64,000 nucleotides of DNA from Mobula hypostoma (lineage: Eukaryota), in the NCBI RefSeq assembly GCF_963921235.1, contig NC_086108.1, positions 18,228,001-18,292,000 on the forward strand. Reading direction: 5' to 3'. Numbering within the stretch: position 1 is the stretch's first letter; every line of letters starts with the position of its first letter. Position numbers and translations under genes: made by a program. Below are positions 11,971 to 25,500 of this stretch, one piece after another. A model generated the notes under the pieces. It saw only the letters and a list, made by a program, of their open reading frames with translations. It was not told the DNA's origin and searched no databases.

Positions 11971-12780
11971 GGGATGGATGATTTACAGTGTCTGAGTAAC
12001 AGTCAGGAATGCTCGGAGATCTAGAACTGGGCTGGGGGAGGTAGAGCTATGTGCGGTATGGGGGAGGGTAGCATGACTGTAGATGTGTGTTGGTATAGGG
12101 AAGGGTAGAGTGTGACTGTTGGGGAGTGGAAGTGTGTGGAGGTATTGGGAAAGGGTAGAGTGTGACTCTGTTGAGGGCTGGAGGTGTGTCGGGGTATTGG
12201 GAAAGGGTAGGATGTAACTGTAGGGGTTGTTAGTGTGTGCATGTATTGGGGAAGGGGTAGGGTGTGACTCTAGGGAGGCGGGTGTGTGGGGCTATTTAGG
12301 AAGGATATAGTTGCCTTCAGGGGTTGGTGATGTGGGATATTGGGGAAGGGATAGAGTGCGAATGTAGGGGATGGGGATGTGGTGTGTTAGGGAAGGGATA
12401 GAGTGTGACTGCAGGGGATGGGGATGTGGGGTATTGGGGAAGGATACAGTGTGACTGCAGAGGTTGGGGATGTGAGGTATTGGGGAAGGATACAGTGTGA
12501 CTGCAGGAGTAGGAATGCAGGGGTATTGGGGAAGGGGTAGAGTGTGACTGCAGAGTTTGGGGATGTGGGGTTACTGGGGAAGGATAGAGTGTGACTGAAG
12601 GGGATGGTGATGTGGGGGTATGGGGAAGGGGTAGAGCGTAACTGTAGCGGGGTGGAGATGTGTGAGTGTATTGGGGAAAAGGTAGGGAGGTCGAGGTGTG
12701 TGGGGTATAGCGGAGGAGGTACAGTGCGACTCTGTAGGGAGGTGAGGGGTTGTGGTGGTATTGGGAAAAGGGTAGGCTGT

Positions 12781-13275
12781 GACTGTATGGGTGGTTGTGT
12801 TTGGAGATATTTCGACAGCAGTAGGCTGCGACTGTATTGGATGGTTGTGTTTGGGGATATTGGGAAAGGGGTAGACTGCGACTGTATCGGTTGATTGTGT
12901 TTGGGGATATTGGGAAAGGGGTAGGCTGCAAATGTATGGGGTAGTTGTGTTTAGGGATATTGGGAAAGGGGTAGGCTGCGACTCTATGGGGTGGTTGTGT
13001 TTGGGGATATTGGGAAAGGGGTAGGCTGCAACTGTATGGGGTGGTTGTGTTTGGGGATATTGGGAAAGGGGTAGGCTCCGACTTAATGGGATGATTGTGT
13101 TTGGGGATATTGGGAAAGGGGTAGGTTGTGACTTAATGGGGTGATTGTGTTTGGGGATATTGGGAGAGTGGTGGGCTGCAACTGTATGGGATGATTGTGT
13201 TTGGGGATATTGGGAAAGGAGTAGGTTGCGAGTTAATGGGGTGATTGTGTTTGGGGATATTGTGGAAAGGGGTAG
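12781..13275 (+). repeat. Sub-array with exact 50-bp period in the left flank
   Basis: TTGGGGATAT-like marker at 12801, 12851, 12901 ... 13251 (10 copies); unit TTGGGGATATTGGGAAAGGGGTAGGCTGCGACTGTATGGGGTGGTTGTGT. Confidence 0.92.
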
Positions 13276-14411
13276 GTTTGTGGGGGTATTGGGGAAGGGG
13301 TAAGGTGTGACCGTGGAGGGATGTGGTCATTTGTAGGAATATGAGGGAGGGATGTGTGGGTATGGGGGAGGAGGGGTATGTGATTATGGGGGAGGGATAG
13401 TGTGTGGTAAGGGGGAGGAGGTGTGTGTGGGTAAGGGGGGGAGGTATGTGGGTATGGAGGAGGTGTATGTGGGTATGGGGGAGGATGTGTGTGTGGTAAG
13501 GGGAGGAGGGGTGTGTGGATATGGGGTAGGAGGGGTTTGTGGGTAAGAAGGAGGGGTAGTGTGTGACTCTGTAGGGTGTGGGGTGTGAGATGGTATTGGG
13601 GATAGGGTGTTCTGTGACTCTGTAGGGTGTGGGGGTGTGAGATGGTATTGGGGATGGGGTAGTCTGTGACTCTGTAGGGTATGGGGGTGTGAGATGGTAT
13701 TGGGGATGGAGTAGTATGTGACTGTAGGGTGTGGGGATGTGAAATGGTTTTGGGGATGGGGTAGTGTGTGACTCTGTAGGGTGTGGGGGAGTGAGATGAT
13801 ATTGGAGACTGAGTAGTGTGTGACTGTAGGGTGTGGGGGTGTCAGATGGTATTGGGGACAGGGTAGTGTGTGACTCTGTAGGACGTGGGGGTGTGAGATG
13901 GCATTGGGGATCGGGTAATGTGTGACTCTGTGGAGTATGGGTGTGTCAGATGGTATTGGGGATGGGGTAGTCTGTGACTCTGTCGAGTGTGGGGGTGTGA
14001 GATGGTATAGGGGACGGAGTAGTGTGTGACTCTGCTGGGTGTGGGGATGTGAGATTGTATAGGGAATGGGGTAGTGTGTGACTCTGTAGGATATGGGGGT
14101 GTGAGATCGGATTGGCGACGGAGTACTCTGCAACTCTGTAGGGTGTGGGGCTGTGAGATAGTATTGAGGATCGGGTAGCATGTGACTCTGTAGGGTGCGG
14201 GGATATGAGTTGGTATTGGGGCAGGGTGGTGTATGACTCTGTAGGGTGTGGGGGAGTGAGATGGTATTGGAGATGGGATAGTGTGTGGCTGTAGGGTGTG
14301 GGGATGTGAGCTGGTATTGGGGATGGTGTAGTCTGTGACTCTGTAGGGTGTGGGGATGTGAGATGGTAATGGGGATGGGGCAGTCTGTGACTCTATAGGG
14401 TGTGGGGATGT

Positions 14412-16588
14412 GAGATGGTAATGGGGATGGGGCAGTCTGTGACTCTGCAGGGTGGTGGGGATGTGAGATCGTATAGGGGACGGAGTAGTGTGTGACTCTG
14501 TGGAGGGTGGGGGTGTGAGATGGTATTGAGGACAGGGTAGTGTTTGACTCTGTAGGGTGTGGGTGTGTGAAATGGTATTGGGGACAAGGTGTTCTGTGAG
14601 TCTGTAGAGTATGGGGGAGTGAGATGGTATTGGGGATGGAGTAGTGTGTGACTGTAGGGTGGGGGGGTCAGATGGTATTGGGGATGGGGTAGTATGGGAC
14701 TCTGTAGGGTGTGGGAGTGTGAGATAGTATTGAGGATAGGGTAGTGTGTGACTCTGTAGGGAGTGGGGGGTGTGAGATGGTATTGGGGATGGGGTAGTGT
14801 GTGACTCGGTAGGGTGTGGGGATCTGAGATGGTTTTGGAGATGGGGTAGTGTGTGACCCTGTAGAGTGTGGGGGTGTGAGATGGTACTGAGGATGCGATA
14901 CTCTGTGACACTGTAAGGTGTGGGGATTTGAGATGGTATTAGAAATGGGGTAGACTGTGACTCTGTAGGGTGTGGGGGTGTGAGATGGTATTGTGGATGG
15001 GGGAGTCTGTAACTGTAGGGTGTGGGGATCTGAGATGGTTTTGGGGATGGGGTAGACTGCGACTCTGTAGGGTGTTGGGGAGTGAGATGTTATTGGGGAG
15101 AGCGTAGTGTGTGACTCTGTAGGGTGTGGGGTGTGACATTTTATTTTGGACAGGGTGGTGTGTGGCACTGTAGGGTGTGGGGGTGTGAGATGGTATTGGG
15201 GATGGTGTAGTATGCGACTCTGTAGGTTGTGGGGGTGGAGATGGTAGTGAGGATGGGGTATTGTGTGACTGTAGCATGTGGGGATTTGAGATGTTGTTGG
15301 AGATGGAGTAGTGTGTGACTCTGTGGACTGTATGTGTGTGAGATGGTATTGGCGACAGGGTGGTGTGTGACTCTGTAGCGTGTGGGAGTGTGAGATGGTA
15401 TTGAGCATGGGGTAGTGTGTGACTCTGTAGGGTATGGAGGTGTGAGGTGGTATTGAGGACAGGGTGGTGTGTGACTCTGTAGGGTGTGGAGGTGCGAGAT
15501 GGTAATGGGGATGGGGCAGTCTGTGACTCTGCAGGGTGGTGGGGATGTGAGATCGTATAGGGGACGGAGTAGTGTGTGACTCTGTGGAGGGTGGGGGTGT
15601 GAGATGGTATTGAGGACAGGGTAGTGTTTGACTCTGTAGGGTGTGGGTGTGTGAAATGGTATTGGGGACAAGGTGTTCTGTGAGTCTGTAGAGTATGGGG
15701 GAGTGAGATGGTATTGGGGATGGAGTAGTGTGTGACTGTAGGGTGGGGGGGTCAGATGGTATTGGGGATGGGGTAGTATGGGACTCTGTAGGGTGTGGGA
15801 GTGTGAGATAGTATTGAGGATAGGGTAGTGTGTGACTCTGTAGGGAGTGGGGGGTGTGAGATGGTATTGGGGATGGGGTAGTGTGTGACTCGGTAGGGTG
15901 TGGGGATCTGAGATGGTTTTGGAGATGGGGTAGTGTGTGACCCTGTAGAGTGTGGGGGTGTGAGATGGTACTGAGGATGCGATACTCTGTGACACTGTAA
16001 GGTGTGGGGATTTGAGATGGTATTAGAAATGGGGTAGACTGTGACTCTGTAGGGTGTGGGGGTGTGAGATGGTATTGTGGATGGGGGAGTCTGTAACTGT
16101 AGGGTGTGGGGATCTGAGATGGTTTTGGGGATGGGGTAGACTGCGACTCTGTAGGGTGTTGGGGAGTGAGATGTTATTGGGGAGAGCGTAGTGTGTGACT
16201 CTGTAGGGTGTGGGGTGTGACATTTTATTTTGGACAGGGTGGTGTGTGGCACTGTAGGGTGTGGGGGTGTGAGATGGTATTGGGGATGGTGTAGTATGCG
16301 ACTCTGTAGGTTGTGGGGGTGGAGATGGTAGTGAGGATGGGGTATTGTGTGACTGTAGCATGTGGGGATTTGAGATGTTATTGGAGATGGAGTAGTGTGT
16401 GACTCTGTGGACTGTATGTGTGTGAGATGGTATTGGCGACAGGGTGGTGTGTGACTCTGTAGCGTGTGGGAGTGTGAGATGGTATTGAGCATGGGGTAGT
16501 GTGTGACTCTGTAGGGTATGGAGGTGTGAGGTGGTATTGAGGACAGGGTGGTGTGTGACTCTGTAGGGTGTGGAGGTGCGAGATGGTA
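14412..16588 (+). repeat. Near-identical 1084-bp tandem higher-order duplication (~21 units)
   Basis: GAGATGGTAATGGGGATGGGGCAGTC at 14412 and 15496. Minus-strand ORFs starting at 14911/15995 begin identically, and those at 15408/16492 differ at one residue; both pairs are offset by 1084. Confidence 0.92.
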
Positions 16589-19500
16589 TTGGGGATGGGG
16601 TAGTGTGTGACTCTGTAGGGTGTGGGGATGTGAGATGGTATTGTGGACAGGGTGGTGTGTGACTCTGTAGGGTGTGGGGGTGTGAGATGGTATATGGGAT
16701 TGGGTAGTATGTGACTCTATGGTGTGGAGGTGTGAGATGGTATTTGGGATGCGGTAGTGTGTGACTCTGTAGGGTGTGGGGGTGTGAGATAGTATTGGGG
16801 ATGGGGTAGTGTGTGACTGTAGGGTATGGGGATTTGAGATGGTATTGAGGATGCGGTAGTGTGTGACTCTCTAGGGTGTGGGTGTGTGAGATTGTATTGG
16901 GGACAGGGTAGTGTGTGACGCTGTAGTGTGTGAGGGTGTGAAATGGTATTGGGGATGGGGTAGTATGTGACACTGTGGAGTGTGGGGGGTGTGAAATGGT
17001 ATTGGCGATGCAGTAGTGTGTGACCCTGCAGAGTGTGTGTGTGAGATGGTAGTGGGGTCGAAATAGTGTGTGACTGTAGCATGTGGGGATGTGAGATGGT
17101 ATTGGGGACAGGATGGTGTGTGACTCTGTAGGGTGTGTGGTTGTGAGATGGTTTTGGCGATGGGGTAGTGTGTGAGTGGAGGGTGTGGGGGTGTGAGATG
17201 GTGTTGGGGACAGGGTTGTGTGTCACTCTGTAGGGTGTGGGGGTGTGAGATGGTAATGGGGATGGGGTATATACTCTGACTCTATGGGGTGTGGTGGTGT
17301 GAGATGGTATTGGGGATGGGATAGTGTGTGACTGTACGGTGTGGGGATGTGAGATGGTATTAGGGACAAGGTGGTGTGTGACTCTGTAGTGTGTCGGGGT
17401 GTGAGATGTTACTCAGGTGGGGTCGTGTGTGATTCTGCAGGGTGTGGGGGTGTGAGATGAAATTGAGATTGGTGGAGTGTGTGACTCTGTAGGGTGTGGC
17501 GGTGTGAGATGGTATTGGGGACGGAATAGTGTGTGACTGTACGGTGTGGGGATGTGAGATTGTTTCGGGGATGGGGTACTGTGTGACTGTAGGGTGTGGT
17601 GATGTGAAATAGTATTGAGGATGGAGTAGTGTGTGACTGTGGGGTGTGCGGGTGTGAGATAGTAGTGAGGATAGGGTAGTGTGTGACTGTAGGGTGTGGG
17701 GATTTGAGATGTTATTGGAGACGGAGTGGTGTGTGACTATAGGGAGTGGGGGTGTGAGATGGTATTGGGGATGGGGTAGTCTGTGACTCTATAGGGTATG
17801 GGGGTGTGAGATGGTATTGGGGATGGGGTAGTGTGTGACGGTACAGTGTGGGGATGTGAGATGTTATCGGAGACGGAGGTGTGTGTCTCTATTGGGTGTA
17901 GGGGTCTGACATGTTATTGAGGATGAGGTAGTGTGTGACGCTGTTGGGTGTAGGTGTGTGAGATGGTACTGGGGATGGGATAGACTGTGACTCTGTAGGG
18001 TGTGGGGTGGTGAGAGGGTTTTGGGGATGGGGTAGTGTGTGACTGTAGGGTGTGGGGATGTAAGATGGCATTGAGCATGGGGTAGTGTGTGACTCTGTAG
18101 GGTGTGGAGTTGTGAGATAGTATTATGGATGATGTAGCATCTGACTCTGTAGGGTGTGCGGGTGTGAGATGGTAGTGAGGATGGGGTTGTGTGTGACTGT
18201 AGGCTGTGGGGATTTCAGATGTTATTGCAGACGGAGTAATGTTTAACTCTGTGGAGTGCGGGCGTGTGAGATGGTATTGGGGATGGGGTAGTGTGTGAGT
18301 GGAGGGTGTGGAGATGTGTGATGTTATAGGAGACGGAGTAATGTGTGACTCTGTAGGGTGTCGGGGTGTGAGATGGTATTGGGGATGGGGTAGTGTGTGA
18401 CTGTAGGGTGTGGGGATGTGAGATGGTATTGGGGACAGGGTGGTCTGTAATTCTGTAGGATGTTGGGGTGTGAGATGGTATTGGGGATGGTGTAATTTGT
18501 GACTGTAGAGTGTGGGGATATGAGATGGTATTGGGGATGGGGTAGACTATGACTCTGTAGCGTGTGGGGGTGTGAGATGGTATTGAGGATGGGGTAGTGT
18601 GTGACTCTGTAGGGTGTGGAGGTGTGAGTTGGTATTGAGGACAGGGTGGTGTGTGATTCTGTAGGGTGTGGAGGTGCGCGATGGTATTGGGGATGGGGTA
18701 GTGTGTGACTCTGTAGGGTGTGGGTGTGTGAGATGGTATTGAGGATGGTGTAGTGTGTGACTCTGTAGGGTGTGGAGGTGTGAGTTGGTATTGAGGACAG
18801 GGTGGTGTGTGATTCTGTAGGGTGTGGAGGTGCGCGATGGTATTGGGGATGGGGTAGTGTGTGACTCTGTAGGGTGTGGGTGTGTGAGATGGTATTGAGG
18901 ATGGTGTAGTGTGTGACTCTGTAGGGTGTGGAGGTGTGAGTTGGTATTGAGGACAGGGTGGTGTGTGATTCTGTAGGGTGTGATGGTGCGCGATGGTATT
19001 GGGGATGGGGTAGTGTGTGACTCTGTAGGGTGTGGGTGTGTGAGATGGTATTGAGGATGGTGTAGTGTGTGACTCTGTAGGGTGTGCGGGTGTGAGACTG
19101 TATTGGCGACAGGGTGGTGTGTGACTCTGTAGGGTGTGTGGGTGTGAGATGGTATTGGCGATGGGGTAGTGTGTGAGTGGAGGGTGTGGAGATGTGTGAT
19201 GTTATAGGAGGCGGACTAATGTGTGACTCTGTAGGGTGTCGGGGTGTGAGATGGTATTGAGGATGGGGTAGTGTGTGACTCTGTAGGGTGTGGAGGTGTG
19301 AGATGGTATTGAAGACAGGGTGGTGTGTGATTCTGTAGGGTGTGGAGGTGCGCGATGGTATTGAGGATGGTGTAGTGTGTGACTCTGTAGGGTGTGTGGG
19401 TGTGAGATGGTATTGGGGACGGAGTAGTTTGTGACTGTAAAGTGTGGGGATGCGAGATGGTATAGGGACAGGGTGGTGTGTGACTGTAGAGTGTCAGGGT

Positions 19501-22500
19501 GTGAGATGGTATTGGGGATGGGGTAGAGTGAGACACTGTAGGGTGTGGTGGTGTTAGATAGTATTGGGGATGTGGTAAACTGTGACTCTATGGGGCATGG
19601 CTGTGTGAGATGGTATTGAATATGGGGTAATGTGCGACTCTGTAGGGTGTGGGGATGTGAGATGGAATTGAGGATGGGGTAGTGTGTGACTCTGTAGGGT
19701 GTGGGGGTGTGAGACGGTATTGGGGATGGGGTAGAGTGTGACACTGTAGGGAGTGGTGGTGTTAGATAGTATTGGGGATGGGGTAGACTGTGACTCTGTA
19801 GCATGTGGGGGTGTGAGATGGTATTGAGGATGGGGTAGTGTGTGACTCTGTAGGGTGTGGAGGTGCGCGATGGTATTAGGGATGGGGTAGTGTCTGACTG
19901 TAGGGTCTGGGGATGTGAGATGGCATTGGGGAAAGTGTGGTGCGTGACTCTGTAGGGTGTTGGGGTGTGAGATGGTATTGTGGATGGGGTAGTGTGTGAC
20001 TGTAGGGTGTGGGGATGTAAGATGTTATGGGAGATGGAGTGGTGTGTGACTCTGTCGGGTGTTGGTGTGTGAGATGTTATTGCGGATGGGGTAGTGTGTG
20101 ACTGTAGGGTATGGGGATGTGAGATGTTATTGGGGACGGAGTAGTCTGTGACTCTTTAGGGTGTGGGGATGTGAGATGGTATTGGGGATGGGGTAGTCTG
20201 TGACCCTGTAGGGTGTGGAGCAGTGAGATGTTATTGAGGACAGGGTAGTCTGTGACTCTGTAGGGTGTGGGAGTGTGAGATGGTATTGAGGATGGGGTAG
20301 TCTGTGACTCTGTAGGGTGTTGGGGTGTAAGATGTTATTGGGGGATGGGGTAGTGAGTGTCTCTGTAGGGTGTGGAGGTGTGAGATGGTATTGTGGACAG
20401 GGTGGTGTGTGACTCTGTAGGGTGTGGAGGTGCGAGATGGTATTGGGTATGGGGTAGTGTGTGACTCTGTAGGGTGTGGGGGTGTGAGATGGTATTGGGG
20501 ATGTAGTAGACAGTGACTCTGTTGGGTGTAGGGGTGTGAGATGATATTGGGAATGGGGTAGTCTGTAACTCTGTAGAGTGTCGAGTTGTGAGATGGTTTT
20601 GGGGATGGGGTAGTGTGTGACTCTAGGGTATTGGGATGTGAGAAGGTATTGGGGACAGGGTGGTGTGTGACTCTGTATGGTGTGGTGGTGTGAGTTGGTA
20701 TTGGGGGAAGGGGAGTGTGTGACTCTGTATGTTGTGGGGGTGTGACATTGTATTGGGGACGGCGTAGACGGTGACTCTGTAGGGTGTCGGGGTGTGAGAT
20801 GGTATTGAGGATGGGGTAGTGTGTGACTGTAGGGTGTGGGGATGTAAGATGGCATTGAGCATGGGGTAGTGTGTGACTCTGTAGGGTGTGGAGGTGTGAG
20901 ATAGTATTATGGATGGTGTAGCATCTGACTCTGTAGGGTGTGCGTGTGTGAGATGGTAGTGAGGATGGGGTTGTGTGTGACTGTAGGCTGTGGGGATTTC
21001 AGATGTTATTGCAGACGGAGTAATGTGTCACTCTGTGGAGTGTGGGCGTGTGAGATGGTATTGGGGATGGCGTAGACGGTGACTCTGTAGGGTGTGGGGG
21101 TGTGAGATGGTATTGAGGATGGTGTAGTGTGTGATTGTAGGATGTGGGGATGTGAGTTGGTCTTGGGAATGGGGTAGTCTGTGACTCTAGGGTGAGGCGA
21201 TCTGAGATGTTCTAGGAGATGGAGTAGTGTGTGATTCTGTGGAGTGTTGGGGTGTGATGTGGTATTGGGGACGGGGTAGTGTGTGTTTGTAGGGTGTGGG
21301 GGTGTGAGATGGAATTGGGTACAGGGTGGTGTATGAATCTGTAGAGTGTGGGGATGTGAGATGTTATTGGGGACAGGGTACTGTGTGACTCTGTAAAGTG
21401 TGGGGATGTGAGATTGTATAGGGGACGGAGTCCTGTGTGACTCTTTAGGATTTCGGGGTCCGAGATGGTACTGAGGATGGGTTTGTCTGTGACTCTGTAG
21501 GGTGTGGGGATGTGAGATGGTATTGCGGATGGGGTAGTATGTGACGCTCTAGGGAGTGGGGGTGTGAGATGGTATTGGGGACGTGGTAGTGTGTGACTCT
21601 GTAGGGAGTGAGATGGTATTCAGGATGGGGTAATGTGTGACTCTGCAGGGTGTGGGGATGTGAGATGTTATTGTGGATGGGGTAGTCTGTGACTCTGTAG
21701 GGTGTGGTTGTGTGAGATGGTTTTGGGGACAGGTTAGTGTGTGACTGTAGGGTGTGGGGATGTGAGATGTTACTGGAGACGGAGTAGTGTGTGACTTTTT
21801 GGAGTGTGGGAGTGCGTGTTGGTATTGGGGATGGGGTAGTGTGTGGCTCTGTAGGGTGTGGGTGTTTGAGCTGGTATTGGGGATGGGGTAGTATGTGACT
21901 GTAGGGTGTTGGGATGTGAGAAGGTATTGGGGACAGGGTGGTGTGTGACTCTGTATGGTGTGGTGGTGTGACATTGTATTGGGGATGGCATAGATGGTGA
22001 CTCTGTAGGGTATCGGGGTGTGAGATGGTATTGAGGATGGGGTATTGTGTGACTGTAGGGTGTGGGGATGTGAGATGGTATTGGGAATGGGGTAGTCTGT
22101 GCCTCTGTAGGGTGTGGGGCAGTGAGATGGTATTGGGTACAGGGTGTTGTGTGACCCTGTAGGGTGTTGTGGTGTGAGATGGTATTGAGGATAGGGTAGT
22201 GTGTGACTTTGTAGGGTGTGGGACGTGAGATTCTATGGGGGACGGAGTAGTGTGTGTCTGTGGGGTGTGGGATGTGAGATGGTATTGGGGACAGGGTGGT
22301 ATGTGACTCTGTAGGGTGTGGGGGTGTCAGATGGTATTGGGGACAGAGTGGTGTGTGACCCTGTAGTGTGTGGGGGTGTGAGATATTTTGGGGATGGGGT
22401 AGTCTGTGACTCTGCAGGATGATACTGGGGATGGGGTATTGTGTGACCTTGTGGAGTGGCGGGGATGTGAGATTCTATTGGGAATGGGGTAGTGTACGAC

Positions 22501-25500
22501 TCTGTATGGTCTGGGAGTGTGAAATGGTATTGTGGACGGAGTCATGTGTAACTGTAGGGTGTGGTGATGTGAGATGGTATTGGGGACAGGGTGCTGTGTG
22601 ACCCAGTACAGTTGGTGGTTTGAGATGGTATTGGGGACAGAGTAGTGTGTGACTATAGGCTGTGGGGATTCGAGATGGTATTGAGGATGAGGTAGTCTGT
22701 GACTCTGTAGTGTGTAGGGTGTGAGATTGTATTGGGACAGAGTAGTCTGTGCCTCTTTGGAGTGTGGGGGTGTGAGATTGTATTGGGGACAGGGTGGTTT
22801 GTTACTCTGTAGGGTGTGGGGGTGTGAGATGGTATTGGGTACACGGTTGTGTGTGACTGTAGGGTGTTGGGGTGTGAGATGGTATTGGGGATGGGGTAGT
22901 GTGTGACTCTGCAGGGTGTGGGAATGTGAGACGGTATTGAGGTTAGAGTAGTGTAGGACGCTCTAGCGAGTGGGGGTGTGAGATAGTATTGGGGATGGGG
23001 TAGTATGTGACGGTGGGTGTCGGAGGATGAGATGGTAGTGAGTATGGGGTAGAGTGTGACTGTAGGGTGTGCGGATGTGAGATGTTAATGGAGATTCAGT
23101 AGTGTGTGACTCTGTGGGGGGTGGGTGTGTGAGATGGTATTGGGGACAGAGTAGTGTGTGAATCTGTATTGTGTGGGGTTGTGAGATGCTATTGGGGTAG
23201 GGTAGTGTGTGACTCTGTAAGGTATGGGGGTGTGAGATGGTATTGGGGATAGGTTAGACTGTGACTCTGTAGGGTCTGGGGGTGTGAGATCGTGTTGAGG
23301 ATGGGGTAGTCATTGACTCTGTAAGGTGTGGGGATGTGAGATGGTATTGGGAATGGAGTAGTGCGTGACTCTGCAGGGTGTCGGGGTGTGAGACGGTATC
23401 GGGAACAGAGTGGTGTGTAACTGTAGGGTGTGGGGATGTGAGATGGTATTGGGGACAGGGTGGTGTGTGACTCTTTAGGGTGTGGGGGTGTGAGATGGTA
23501 TTGGGGATCGGGTAGTATGTGAGTCTGTAGAGTGTGGGGGATGAGATGGTAGTGAGCATGGGGTAGACTGCGACTCTGTAGGGTGTGGGGATGTGAGATG
23601 GTATTGGGAATGGTGTAGTCTGTGACTATTTGGGGTGTGGGGATGTGAGTTGGTATTGAGGATGGTGTGATGGTGTACTGTGTGACTCTGTAGGGTGTGG
23701 TTGTGTGAGATGGTATTGGGCTTGGGGTAGTTTGTTACTCTGTAGGGTGTGGGGGAGTGACAAGGTATTGGGGACAGGGTAGTCTGTGACTCTGTAGAGT
23801 GTGGGGATGTGAGATCGTTTTGGGGATATGACGGTATGTGACTCTGTAGGGTGTGCGGGTGTGAGATGATATTGGGGATGGGGTAGTCTGAGACTCTGTA
23901 GGGTGTGGTGGTGTGAGATGGTATTGGGCTTGGGGTAGTTTGTGATTCTGTAGGGTGTGGGGTAGTGACAAGGTATTGCGGACAGGATAGTCTGTGACTC
24001 AGTAGAGTGTGGGGGTGTGAGATGGTATTGGGGACAGGGTATTTTGTGACTCTGTAGGGTGTGGGGGTGTGAGATGGTATTGGGGATCGGGTAGTATGTG
24101 AGTCTGTAGAGTGTGGGGGATGAGATGGTAGTGAGCATGGGGTAGACTGCGACTCTGTAGGGTGTGGGGATGTGAGATGGTATTGGGGATGGTGTAGTCT
24201 GTGACTATTTGGGGTGTGGGGATGTGAGATGGTATTGGGTATATGGTGCTATGTGACTCTGTAGGATGTGCGGGTGTGAGATGGTATTGGGGATGGGGTT
24301 GTGTGTGACTCTGTGGAGTGTGGGGGGTGAGATGGTATTGGGAACGGAGTAGTGCGTGACTCTGTAGGGTGTGGTGGTGTGTGATGGTATTTCTAACAGG
24401 TTTGTGTGTGACTCTGTAGGGTGTGGGGCTGTGAGATGGTATTGGGTATACGGTGCTATGTGACTCTGTAGGATGTGCGGGTGTGAGATGGTATTGGGGA
24501 TGGGGTTGTGTGTGACTCTGTGGAGTGTGGGGGGGTGAGATGGTATTGGGAACGGAGTAGTGTGTGACTCTGTAGGGTGTGGTGGTGTGTGATGGTATGC
24601 AGGAAGGGGTAGCGGTTGACTCTGTAGGGTCTGGGGATGTGAGATGTTATTGGGCATGGGTAGTCTGTGACTATTTGAGGTGTGTGGATCTGAGTTGGTA
24701 TTGAGGATGGTGTACTGTGTGACTCTGTAGGGTGTGGTTGTGTGAGATGGTATTGGGGACAGGGTTGTGTGTGACTCTATAGGGTGCGGTGGTGTGAGAT
24801 GGTATTGGGGATCGGGAAGTATGTGACTCTGTAGAGTGTGGGGGATGTGATGGTAGTGAGCATGGGGTAGTGTGTGATTGTAGGGTGTTACGATGTGAGA
24901 TGGTTTTGGGGACAGGGTTGTGTCAGACTCTGTAGGGTATGAGGTCGTGAGCTGGTACTGGGGACGGAGTAGTCTGTGACTCTGTAGGGTGTGGGGATGT
25001 GAGATGGTATTGGGGATGGTGTAGATTGTGGCTCTGTAGGGTGTGGGGATGTGAGATCGTTTTGGGGATATGACGGTATGTGACTCTGTAGGGTGTGCGG
25101 GTGTGAGATAGTATTGGGGATGGGGTATTCTGAGACTCTGTAGGGTGTGGGGGAGTGACAAGGTATTGTGGACAGGGTAGTTTGTGACTCTGTAGGGTGT
25201 TGGAGTGTGAGATGGTATTGGGGATCGGGAAGTATGTGACTCTGTAGAGTGTGGGGGATGTGATGGTAGTGAGCATGGGGTGGTGTGTGATTGTAGGGTG
25301 ATACGATGTGAGATGGTTTTGGGGACAGGGTTGTGTCAGACTCTGTAGGGTATGGAGTCGTGAGATGGTACTGGGGACGGAGTAGTCTGTGACTCTGTAG
25401 GGTGTGGTTGTGTGAGATGGTATTGGGCTTGGGGTAGTTTGTGACTCCGTACGGTGTGGAGGAGTGACAAGGTATTGGAGACAGGGTAGTCTGTGACTCT

